A program made the translations under genes and the position numbers. From Candidatus Falkowella caecavicola (GTDB lineage: Bacteria; Bacillota; Clostridia; Oscillospirales; Ruminococcaceae): a stretch of DNA of 64,000 nucleotides. Below are positions 28,242-36,987 of the stretch, in pieces. How positions within the stretch are numbered: the first letter of the stretch is position 1; every line of letters starts with the position of its first letter. The notes beneath the pieces were generated by a model. That model saw nothing but the letters and a program-made list of their open reading frames with translations, did not search any database and was not told where the DNA came from. The stretch spans positions 1 through 64,000 of the forward strand of contig CAJFUK010000053.1 of NCBI GenBank assembly GCA_904420125.1. The letters are read 5' to 3'.

Positions 28242-29463
28242 CTCCGTACATCTGCCGCAAACGCTCCAGATCCGCGTAAAATCTGTCTACAACCATCTGA
28301 TTACTGCACCGAAGCTCTGTAATCCGTCCGATAAAAGTCCGGATCCAGGGCAGCAGTTCCGCAGCGTCGTACACATCCGCCGCAAACTGCCAGGTATGCG
28401 CATCGAGCTGTGTAACCGTTCCATTTCTTTTCTCCCGCTGCAGGCGCTGTGGGATGTGCGCTTCCCCTTCCCCCACACAAACAGTCATCTCTATATGTTC
28501 CACCCCGTGCACCGTACTGGTGGATACGCCCCAAAGGTACTTTCTGAAACGGGTATAACACGCCATATAATCATCGTGCTCGCCATCCACCGCGCCGGGC
28601 GTTACCTGGCAGATTGCGTCCAGCCGGTAAAAGGTGATAGATTTTCTGCCATAATGCCAACCAAGCAAATAACGCCGCCCGCCCTGTACGCTTGCATAAA
28701 TTTTCAATGGATATACCACCCGCCGCAGCTCCTTATGGCTGTGCTGGCTTCGGAGTACAAGCGTTACTGCACGATGCTCCCGCATAGCTGTCAAGAGGTC
28801 AAGCAGCACCTGACTATCCAGTGCGTGAAGGATATAATGGTGTTTAAATCCGAAATACGATGGAGGAACATCAGCCTTATCCAGCAGGAAAGACCCGATC
28901 ACACCTGCCGGATTTTCTTCCGAAAAGAAAGCGACTGCGTCCATCCATGAGTCAAGGTTCACAGTGTCCGCGGACAAATGATAACGAACTTCCCGCCCAT
29001 TTCTCTCCGCGGTTAAAAGGCCAAGATTTTCATATTCTTTCAGTTTTTTTCGTACTGTTGATTCATCCAGGCTGAATGCGTCGTCAAAATGAGAGAGATA
29101 GTTATTTTCAATCCGTTCCACAATTTCGCGGACTGTCAGGGAACATGGATCCGCCACAATATCCAAAATAAAAAAGTGGAGCGCGATATCCTTGTCCGTA
29201 AAGCTCTTAGCCTTGAAAGACTGATAGAGCGGATTGTACCGGATTGCCCGGCTGTCGACTGAAAGAAAAAGCCTTTTTCCGTTGGCGTCCTGCCAAAACG
29301 ACATATAATCTCCCAGCCAGCTTTCAATTCTGCGGCGTTCATTATCATAGCTGCGGGCGCTTTTGGCATCATACTCCTCGCGGCTTTTAAAACCATATAC
29401 ATAGAACTGCCGCATATAATCCCGAATGCGCTCATGGTCTTTGATCAGTTCGCTGAATGCCAC
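28222..29463 (-). CDS. HTH-WYL-domain transcriptional regulator (PafB/PafC-like architecture), upstream member of the pair.
   Basis: N-terminal winged-HTH-like segment and WYL core (RRYLLGWHYGRKSITFYRLDAI). Confidence 0.7.
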   Translation of the reverse strand: MAFSELIKDHERIRDYMRQFYVYGFKSREEYDAKSARSYDNERRRIESWLGDYMSFWQDANGKRLFLSVDSRAIRYNPLYQSFKAKSFTDKDIALHFFILDIVADPCSLTVREIVERIENNYLSHFDDAFSLDESTVRKKLKEYENLGLLTAERNGREVRYHLSADTVNLDSWMDAVAFFSEENPAGVIGSFLLDKADVPPSYFGFKHHYILHALDSQVLLDLLTAMREHRAVTLVLRSQHSHKELRRVVYPLKIYASVQGGRRYLLGWHYGRKSITFYRLDAICQVTPGAVDGEHDDYMACYTRFRKYLWGVSTSTVHGVEHIEMTVCVGEGEAHIPQRLQREKRNGTVTQLDAHTWQFAADVYDAAELLPWIRTFIGRITELRCSNQMVVDRFYADLERLRQMYGGEDDAV

Positions 29464-29696
29464 CAGCCTCTCCCCCGTCCCGTCTGTTCTGCATGACAGC
29501 AGACAGCATCAATATTATCAAAATCATATCATACCCGCTTTATTTTTTCAAGGATCCGCCCGCAAGCCGCTTCTTCCCGTCCCTTTTTCTTTCATATGGT
29601 ACCCCATCCCTATTTCTGTTGTTTCCTTCCTGAATATCCGATGTCCCAAGTACATGAAACCCGGGGCGTTACCGTCCAGGAAAACCGCCCATTTTC

Positions 29697-30194
29697 CTAA
29701 CAGAACCAGGATTTATGCTTGATAATAAAATGATAATTGAGTTCTTCCAAATCATCCGGTTGCCTGTAAAATTCCCGGTCGCATGCAGAAAGAATTTGAT
29801 CGGCCTGGTCAGTCATCACATGATCAAGAAATTCCTCACGCTGTATTTTGTCAACAGGTATCTTTTCATTCAAAGCACAAATCGCTTTCCGGCAAATAGC
29901 GGCTGTTTTTTCTGCGCCGATTGCTTTAAAGGAGGCAACCAGGTCGGCGGAAATATCGCCGTAAGCATTATAAAAGTATTGGATAAATCCTCCATTGTTC
30001 ACTTCCGCTTCCAGTTGCAGCGTCAGATAAACCGTTCGTTCCGGAGTGGAAAGAATAGGAAGGTTAGATCCGTTATCACTTTTTCTGCATAACCAGCTGT
30101 TGACTGCTATTAAAAAATCTTCTTTATTTTGTATGTTCCAAACATCCCGGATATCAATTCCCAAGAATTTTTTTATTTCGTTGTTATGCGGCAT
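29697..30194 (-). CDS. DUF4375 / DMP19-like (DNA-mimic family) protein. Tentative.
   Basis: NNGGFIQYFYNAYGD motif remembered from DMP19-family proteins. No search possible. Confidence 0.35.
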   Translation of the reverse strand: MPHNNEIKKFLGIDIRDVWNIQNKEDFLIAVNSWLCRKSDNGSNLPILSTPERTVYLTLQLEAEVNNGGFIQYFYNAYGDISADLVASFKAIGAEKTAAICRKAICALNEKIPVDKIQREEFLDHVMTDQADQILSACDREFYRQPDDLEELNYHFIIKHKSWFC

Positions 30195-30417
30195 TCCTTT
30201 TTTTAAATTGATCCAACAGGCCCATCATTTTCCTCCTTATATCGCAACATTTGTTTAACCAGGCTAACAGTATCGCTCAAAGATTCGTTCAATAACTGCC
30301 GTATGTATATTATATTTTTGGCAAAAAATCATTCATCCCCTGCATGTTCCGGGAGCAGCTCTACGTCCAACAGAGCGACAGCAGTTACCGAGCTCCTTTA
30401 ACAAGGGTCATCCAAAC

Positions 30418-30722
30418 AAAAAGGCCTGAAACCATTGGATTTCAGGCCTTTTGGTGGAGACATGCTCGCGCTGGTCGAACCCGTTAGATTTTCCCAGGCT
30501 CACTTCCATTCTATGCACAACACAAGCCCCTGCGGGAAAACAGTAATTTTCCTCTTAAGGGTTCGTGCAGTGATAATTTTGGTGGAGTAAAAGGCGCGCT
30601 GGTCGAACCTGTTCGTTTCTAATACCGGTTATCCAATTGAATGCCAAGTCCGAATCTCTGATGCGAAAATAAAAATTTTCGCATCAGAGATTCGACCAGC
30701 GATCATTTTGGTGGAACGTATA
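30418..30722. repeat. Cluster of three related repeats of about 35 bp resembling reverse-complemented tRNA 3' ends (TTTTGGTGGAG-N8-10-GCGCTGGTCGAACC; copy 3 rearranged). Each is preceded by a strong hairpin (30418-30452 and the perfect 17-bp stem 30654-30691).
   Basis: Copies at 30453-30482, 30580-30609 and 30691-30718 aligned by eye. None folds into a cloverleaf. Confidence 0.6.
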
Positions 30723-30775
30723 AAGCAAAATCCGAACCCATCGCCAACCGGCACAAGGTTCGGATTTATTCGTTG

Positions 30776-30851
30776 TGGTGGAGATAAGCGGGATCGAACC
30801 GCTGGCCTCTTGAATGCCATTCAAGCGCTCTCCCAGCTGAGCTATACCCCC
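30776..30851 (-). tRNA. tRNA-Ala (anticodon GGC) with encoded CCA and a G3:U70 identity pair. A terminator hairpin lies immediately downstream (30730-30775).
   Basis: Reverse complement gives GGGGGTATAGCTCAGCTGGGAGAGCGCTTGAATGGCATTCAAGAGGCCAGCGGTTCGATCCCGCTTATCTCCACCA. D, anticodon and T arms were folded manually. Confidence 0.85.
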
Positions 30852-31220
30852 ATGTTACCGGAAAGCCCTGATTTTACCGGATTTCCGGATGATTCACTTT
30901 TCAGTTTTTCTTTTGTCAAAAAGTCATATGCCTGATTACTTCTGTTTCCAGCTCAGCATATCCCTATCTTACCCGGAAATCTGTATCCGGCCGATTTTTC
31001 AGACAATTCACCTTTTAAAATGTCTGCCGGGAAATCGCAGGCTGAATGATTTTGTTCTCCCAAACTGCGTCTGAGACTCCGAATACCTGATTAAAAGGTT
31101 TTCTCCTCAAACATGTATTATAGTATAGCATAATTAAAAAATTTTTGCAAGTATTATTGTTTGAATTTTTTACTAATCCGTAAGATTGTTTTTAAATTCT
31201 CCTTACTTCCGCCTGCCTTG

Positions 31221-31970
31221 TCAAGATTCAGCCGTCATCATTTCGCCCTGTGGCCAGGCATCCCTGTCTGCAATCACAGTTACGTCCCGATGCAGGAATA
31301 AAAAAGACGCCGGGAACATTGGATCAATCTGGGTCATCTGTTTTAACCGCGCCATCACTTTGGCCTTGCCTTTTCCCGAAGCCAACAAAATAATTTTCCG
31401 GCTTTTCAAAATACTTCCCATTCCCATTGTGACAGCACTTTGCGGAGTTTTTTCTCCCGGGGAGAAAAAACGGGCGTTTGCAGCCAGCGTCTCCGGCGCC
31501 AGCTGAACGGGGTGACAGAACGCTTCCTGTACAGATGCGGGTTCGTTAAACCCAATATGCCCATTGATGCCAATCCCCAAAATCGCCAGATCCGGATAAC
31601 CGGCTTGTTTCAATTTCTCTTCATAATCCGCCGCTGCTTGAACCGGGTCTGCCAGCGCATCCAGCACAAAAATATTCTGCTGTTGTACATTGACATGCCG
31701 GTAAAAATTTTCCCAGAGAAAGAAAGCATAACTCTGCGGATGCTCCGGAGGCAGCCCGGCATATTCGTCCAAATTAAAGCCGCGCATTCTGGAAAAATCT
31801 ACTTGTCCGGACTGATAGCATGCAACTAAAGAAGCATACATCGGCAACGGAGTGCTTCCTGTTGGAAAAGCAATTAATGCATCGGGCTTTTTCTGCAGAC
31901 AGCGGCAGATAATCTCTGCCGCCATACAGCCCTGATCAGAAGGATTCTCAGCTGCAATCCACCGCATCAT
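31221..31970 (-). CDS. nagB: Glucosamine-6-phosphate deaminase.
   Basis: NagB-family sequence features (AFPTGSTP, GIGINGHIGFNEP). Confidence 0.85.
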   Translation of the reverse strand: MMRWIAAENPSDQGCMAAEIICRCLQKKPDALIAFPTGSTPLPMYASLVACYQSGQVDFSRMRGFNLDEYAGLPPEHPQSYAFFLWENFYRHVNVQQQNIFVLDALADPVQAAADYEEKLKQAGYPDLAILGIGINGHIGFNEPASVQEAFCHPVQLAPETLAANARFFSPGEKTPQSAVTMGMGSILKSRKIILLASGKGKAKVMARLKQMTQIDPMFPASFLFLHRDVTVIADRDAWPQGEMMTAES

Positions 31971-31992
31971 CTTATCTCCTTTATCGCCAACT

Positions 31993-32898
31993 CTATACGA
32001 TAACGGGCTTTAAAACTTCCCTCGCCCTTAAAACCTCATCCAGCTTCGGGATGGAAGCTGCCGCACCGGAACGGGAAACCGCAATCGAAGAAGCAACAGA
32101 AGCAAGCTCCAACGCAAGTTCCGGGGAATCCCCCGCCGCCGTCCGCGCCAGAAAATATCCGGTAAAGGTATCCCCAGCACCAGTGGTATCCACTCTGGGA
32201 ACGTCATAGATCCCATGCCGCAGACGGCGGATGCCGTCATCATATACCGCACCGTGTTTGCCAAGAGTCAGAAGAAGAACTGCCGACGGATATTTTTTTC
32301 GGATAGCCGCCAACATCTGGTCCGGTTCCAATACCCCGCTGAGCATCTCTCCTTCAATCTCATTAAAAACAAATAACGTGACATTTTCCAACGGCATTTC
32401 CAGCAGTTTAGGGCTAACCGGAGATGGGTTCAGGGCAATCTGCATTTCCTTTTGTGCTGCTTTAATCAAAAGAAGATCCAGTCCATTGATCTCATTCTGG
32501 AGCAGGAGAAGATCCCCGGGGCCAAAATCAGAGAGTGTTCGATCTATCTGCTCTTCTGTGATCTGCTGGTTAGTGCCGCCATATAACAAAATACAGTTCT
32601 GTCCGCTGGCATCCACCTGAATGACCGCATGCCCGCTTCTGCCGGCGGCTTGTTCCACCCACTGGGTGTTAACGCCATGTTCCTGGAGAATATCCAGCAG
32701 GATCTTTCCGTCCTCCCCGATTTTTCCCGCATGATAAACCGTGGCGCCTGCCTTGGAAAGGGCGATCGACTGGTTGAGCCCTTTTCCGCCGCAGAATAAA
32801 TCCAGTTGTTCTGTGGCCAGCGTCTCTCCTGGGCGGACAAAATGAGAAACCGTATAAACATTGTCAATATTTAAAGACCCAAAATTTAAAATTTTCAT
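31993..32898 (-). CDS. rbsK: Ribokinase / PfkB-family carbohydrate kinase. Start placed at the internal Met MKILNF with an AAAGGAG RBS.
   Basis: GG motif and TGAGDTF anion-hole motif. Confidence 0.75.
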   Translation of the reverse strand: MKILNFGSLNIDNVYTVSHFVRPGETLATEQLDLFCGGKGLNQSIALSKAGATVYHAGKIGEDGKILLDILQEHGVNTQWVEQAAGRSGHAVIQVDASGQNCILLYGGTNQQITEEQIDRTLSDFGPGDLLLLQNEINGLDLLLIKAAQKEMQIALNPSPVSPKLLEMPLENVTLFVFNEIEGEMLSGVLEPDQMLAAIRKKYPSAVLLLTLGKHGAVYDDGIRRLRHGIYDVPRVDTTGAGDTFTGYFLARTAAGDSPELALELASVASSIAVSRSGAAASIPKLDEVLRAREVLKPVIV

Positions 32899-32962
32899 AC
32901 CCTGACTCCTTTCCGTGCACAAATTGCCTGTCCTTTTCATACAAACCGCATGGATGCCAACA

Positions 32963-34111
32963 CTATAATTTCTCACCGGAAGATACAGGATTTTGCTCCT
33001 TGTCAAAGGTCAGCAGATAAATGTCTGAACGGGTATGACGGGCAATATCCCGCAGCCGGGTTCTTTCTTCCGGCGCAAAAAAAGTATAAGCGACTCCTTC
33101 CCGTTTGGCGCGGCCGGTTCTTCCAATCCTATGCAGGTAATATTCATTTTCTTCCGGCAGTTCATAGTTGAATACGGCCTCGACGTCACATACATCGATC
33201 CCTCGCGCAGCTACATTGGTCGAAACAAGAATATGAATCTGCCCCGCTTTATAAGCGGCCATGATTTTATTTCTGGCGCGCTGATCCATATCGCCGTGAA
33301 GGCATTCTGCTGCAAATCCATATTTGATTAACTGTCCGCAAAGGCTGGATGTCATATATTTTGTATTGCAGAACACCATCGCTCTGCGGTATCCCATCTT
33401 GCTGATAATATGCATGAGCGCGATCAATTTTCGTCTGCCGTCGCATTCCAAGGCATATTGCTGAATTTGAGGGCGGCTTTCTTCAACAGGGCGGACAATA
33501 ATCTCCTCCGCATTCCGCTGATACAGCCATCCAATATCCATCACCTCGCGCGAAATGGTTGCCGAAAACATGGAGAGCTTTTTTTCTTTTGGCAGTTGAT
33601 CCAGGATATACCGTACATCTTTAAAAAAACCCATATTGAGCATCTCATCCGCCTCATCCAAAACAACGGACAATACCTTGTTAATCCGGATATTTTTTCG
33701 TTTTGCATGATCCAGCAGCCGGCCTGGGGTTGCAACAATGATCTGCGGCTTTTTTTGCAATTCTGCAATCTCTGCTTTGATAGAATGGCCGCCGTATACC
33801 ACCGCAATCCGGATTTGGGGTTTAAAGGCTGCCAGCTGCCGGAGATCATCTGCAATCTGAGTGGCCAGTTCCCGTGTCGGCGCCAAAATCAACGCCTGCG
33901 GATAGTCTGCAGACAGGTCAAGCTGTTCAATCAGCGGAATTCCGAAAGCGCAGGTTTTTCCTGTTCCGGTTGGCGCCTTGGCAATCAGTTCTTTGCCTTC
34001 TAAAAGAATGGGGATAGCCTTTTCCTGTATTTCTGTCATCTCCGAAAACCCCATTTGTTCTACAGCCTGGAGAATCTCTGGCGAAACAGGTAATTCTTGA
34101 TATTTCATCAT
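32963..34111 (-). CDS. DEAD-box ATP-dependent RNA helicase.
   Basis: Q-motif and motifs I (AKAPTGTGKT), II (VLDEADEM), III (SAT) and VI (HRIGRTGRA). Confidence 0.85.
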   Translation of the reverse strand: MMKYQELPVSPEILQAVEQMGFSEMTEIQEKAIPILLEGKELIAKAPTGTGKTCAFGIPLIEQLDLSADYPQALILAPTRELATQIADDLRQLAAFKPQIRIAVVYGGHSIKAEIAELQKKPQIIVATPGRLLDHAKRKNIRINKVLSVVLDEADEMLNMGFFKDVRYILDQLPKEKKLSMFSATISREVMDIGWLYQRNAEEIIVRPVEESRPQIQQYALECDGRRKLIALMHIISKMGYRRAMVFCNTKYMTSSLCGQLIKYGFAAECLHGDMDQRARNKIMAAYKAGQIHILVSTNVAARGIDVCDVEAVFNYELPEENEYYLHRIGRTGRAKREGVAYTFFAPEERTRLRDIARHTRSDIYLLTFDKEQNPVSSGEKL

Positions 34112-34280
34112 ATCCGATAAGTCCTTTTCATTATAATACTTTTTATTATACACAGATTAGACAGCTTACGCAACCTCACCTACCCAGCCGTGCGGACCTA
34201 TGGCCCTATCCACTTGCCCAAAAACAGTCGGCAGGTTGATTCTTCTCCCCAGCTGACCAATTTTGCATGGTGTAACCCTT

Positions 34281-35114
34281 TTACTGTCTGTAGGTATTTT
34301 TATATCGTGCCGGAGAAACCCCCATATTTTTTTTGAACTGTTTTGAAAACGCGGATGCCTCACTGTAACCCAGCTGCCTGGCAACCTGTCCTACCGAATT
34401 TCCATCCAGCAGCATCAAACGTGCAACCTTTATTTTTTCTTTCAGCCGGTATTCTGCAGGAGAAAGCCCGATCTCCTTTTTAAATTGCTTGCGGAAATTT
34501 TCATAGCCCAGACAAAGCCTGTCGGCAATCTCTTCCGGCTGAATATTGCGGGAAAGATCGCTTCCCAATAAGCTGCAAGCTTCGGCCATCGCCGCCCGAA
34601 CCACGTCCTGCCCTTTTCCAGCCGCATGGTGCATGGACACCGTCAGATCCTGCGCCTGCTGCAAAACCTGATACAGCGTATCCGTCTGTGCACTGCGCAA
34701 GTGTCGCAAAAGACTCTCAAACCGTGCATGAAAATCCCTGGTGACAGACAGATAGGAAACCGGCTGCTCAATCTGTAAAATACCAAGTTCCCGCATGGAT
34801 ATATAGGTATTTTTTCCAAAACTGATATAAAATTCGGACCACCGGCCATCGGGTACCACTTCGATGGAATGGAGCTCTCCCGGCCGCCGCTGCACGAAAC
34901 TGCCGGCAGAAAGCATGGTGCGATTCCCCTCTCCGTCAATATAAAACCCGGTCCCGCTTAGAAGCACAAAACAGCTGTAATAGTCAATACAGCAGTCATA
35001 TTGAGACCGCGCAGCCGTTTCTTTGGCCATATAACCACAGGAAAGAATCCCATTGGAAAAATCATCTCCGATACAGCGGTACACAACATCATTCCGCTTT
35101 TCTGCCTGCATCAA
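34281..35114 (-). CDS. AraC-family transcriptional regulator (cupin sensor plus C-terminal AraC HTH).
   Basis: C-terminal double-HTH AraC signature. Confidence 0.8.
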   Translation of the reverse strand: MMQAEKRNDVVYRCIGDDFSNGILSCGYMAKETAARSQYDCCIDYYSCFVLLSGTGFYIDGEGNRTMLSAGSFVQRRPGELHSIEVVPDGRWSEFYISFGKNTYISMRELGILQIEQPVSYLSVTRDFHARFESLLRHLRSAQTDTLYQVLQQAQDLTVSMHHAAGKGQDVVRAAMAEACSLLGSDLSRNIQPEEIADRLCLGYENFRKQFKKEIGLSPAEYRLKEKIKVARLMLLDGNSVGQVARQLGYSEASAFSKQFKKNMGVSPARYKNTYRQ

Positions 35115-35289
35115 TCAGCACCTCACAAAATACCAAATTGGACATTCTTATCGTATCAGTTTTTTCTTTAGAAAACAAGTGGCCTTTTTACTGAAAATTT
35201 TCGCTGTTTTTAGATATTTTCCACCTGCCTGCCAGTTTGCAAACAAGCGAACATATAAATAGGTACCCACCGGAAAAGCCGGTGGTACT

Positions 35290-35960
35290 TCAAAAACGGG
35301 CAAATCTTTATGATACCAGCAAGCGCGTCTCGTCGCGCTTGTACGGTCTGACTGCCCCGAGAGTTCTGCTGCCTGCCGCCCGTAAACCGGCTTAGAAGTT
35401 TCCCTTTGTCAATTCTTCTCCTCCCTTCTCCTCTTCCAACTGGTCTTGGATATACTCTGCTTTCTTTTTCCCATTCTTTCCCCCTGTGCCCACGTAGTTC
35501 CCTCTGCTCCTGAATGCCCCGTTTCGGTATTTTTTCCGCCATTCCGGGTACTTCCCGTACATCATCAGGCTACTCTTCCCCTTCAGATACCCCATGAAAC
35601 TCGATACCGCTGCCTTCGGTGCAATCTCCACCAGCATGTGTACATGGTCCGGGCATACTTCTGTCTCTATTATTTGAACCCTTTTCCTCTCACACAGCGT
35701 CCGCAGAATTTCCTCTGTCTCTCTTCTCTTTTCTCCATTGAACTCCTTCCTCCGGTATTTCGGGGCAAACACTAATGTGGTACTTGCCATTCCATTTCGT
35801 ATGCGATAAACTATTTATCTCATTCATCTCAATGACCTCCCTTTGCTTTCTTCCCTGCAGTTGCCAGACCGCACCCTGATTCTAAGCAAAGGGAGTTTCT
35901 TTGTCTGCATCATCGCCATCAGCCTTCTTTTAATCCTCTCCCCCAGCGAGTGGTTTTCGT
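35290..35960 (-). mobile_element. IS200/IS605-family insertion sequence (tnpA-only type) with subterminal hairpins. One lies around 35308-35333 (CAAGCGCG...CGCGCTTG) and another at 35836-35895 (CTCCCTTTGCT...AGCAAAGGGAG). Boundaries are approximate.
   Basis: Y1 transposase ORF flanked by palindromic structures. Confidence 0.6.
35392..35790 (-). CDS. tnpA: IS200/IS605-family transposase TnpA (HUH/Y1).
   Basis: HVHMLVEIAPK HuH motif and conserved Tyr region in the translation. Confidence 0.8.
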   Translation of the reverse strand: MASTTLVFAPKYRRKEFNGEKRRETEEILRTLCERKRVQIIETEVCPDHVHMLVEIAPKAAVSSFMGYLKGKSSLMMYGKYPEWRKKYRNGAFRSRGNYVGTGGKNGKKKAEYIQDQLEEEKGGEELTKGNF

Positions 35961-36018
35961 TATACAAAAAATCCTGTGCAGAGTATTTCTGCACAGGATA
36001 AGCAATAAAACATGCTAT

Positions 36019-36883
36019 TTATTTTGCTCCAACTTTGTCTGACAGTTCTTGGGCTTTTTCAAACAGCCGGGTGGCAATTTCCAGCATCCTCGCCTCATCC
36101 AGGGAAATCTCTTCTCCCTGTGCGGGGGTGAATGCAGAATCCAGCACGGTATTAGCCGTCAGATCCACCTCAAATTCCACCTCAGCGCCGGTCAGAGCAC
36201 CATCTGGTTCCGATGTCCCGCTGGAAGAAGCCTGCCCATTCCCTGCAGCCATATGCACACGAAAGGTGTTTTTTCCCTTTTTCCCAATAGCCGGTTCCTT
36301 CATTATACAGGGAAAATTCCGGAACCCACCCCAGATTGGTAAAAGAAAGCTGCCAATCCTCTTTTAAGATGGTTAACGTATACGATTCTTTGGGGATTTC
36401 GTTCTGTATCTTTTTAAACAGATACAGTGCTATTTCTTTCATCTGTGCTTCATCCAGATCCAGGATCGTCTCCCCATCCGGGGCAGGGATCAACTCGGAC
36501 TGGGTGATCTCTCCCGACGGCATCTCCGCGTCAAACTTAGCCTGTGCCCCCGCCAGCGAACCAACCGGACCCTCTGCCTCATCAGAAGAGGGCTGTCCCA
36601 GGCCGGTAATAATCTCCACATGGAGACTGTTTGTCTCTCTTTCCCAATAAGCAGCTCCTTCGTTTTCCTCCGTCAAAGCGGGAAACTGGCCCATATCTGT
36701 AAAAGCTACCTGTACATCACCGTTTTCCTGTACGGTTACCGTATAATGGCCGTTATCTTCTTTTTCCGGTGTGCAGGCAACCAGTATGCCTGTGAATGCC
36801 ACGCAAAAAAGAACAGCGGTCAAGGCAATTAAACCGTTTTGCCGTCTCTGCGGATTAAAAATATTGCAAAATCGTTGTTTCAT
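36019..36883 (-). pseudogene. Repeat-domain lipoprotein gene split by a frameshift. The 36182-36934 and 36019-36303 ORFs encode successive copies of the same domain of about 85 aa in different frames. The shift maps to a homopolymer-rich patch (T6/C3/T5) near 36275-36290.
   Basis: Lipobox LVAC signal. Internal repeat similarity ILDLDEAQMKEIALYLFKK versus ISLDEARMLEIATRLFEK across the frame change. Confidence 0.5.
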
Positions 36884-36987
36884 TCTTTTCCTCCGTAACA
36901 TTTGTAACAACGGCAGTATGGGTCTGTGCGGCAAATCCTATACCGTTGCCCCCACTTTTATTCGTGGCGGAAAACATGCATACACAT

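Noticed and set aside
30453-30718. The three TGGTGGAG...GGTCGAACC repeats as additional tRNA genes
   Set aside because: Reverse complements cannot be folded into acceptor/T-arm pairings (no complementary 5' strand, the T-loop is out of register). Treated as repeats or decayed fragments instead.
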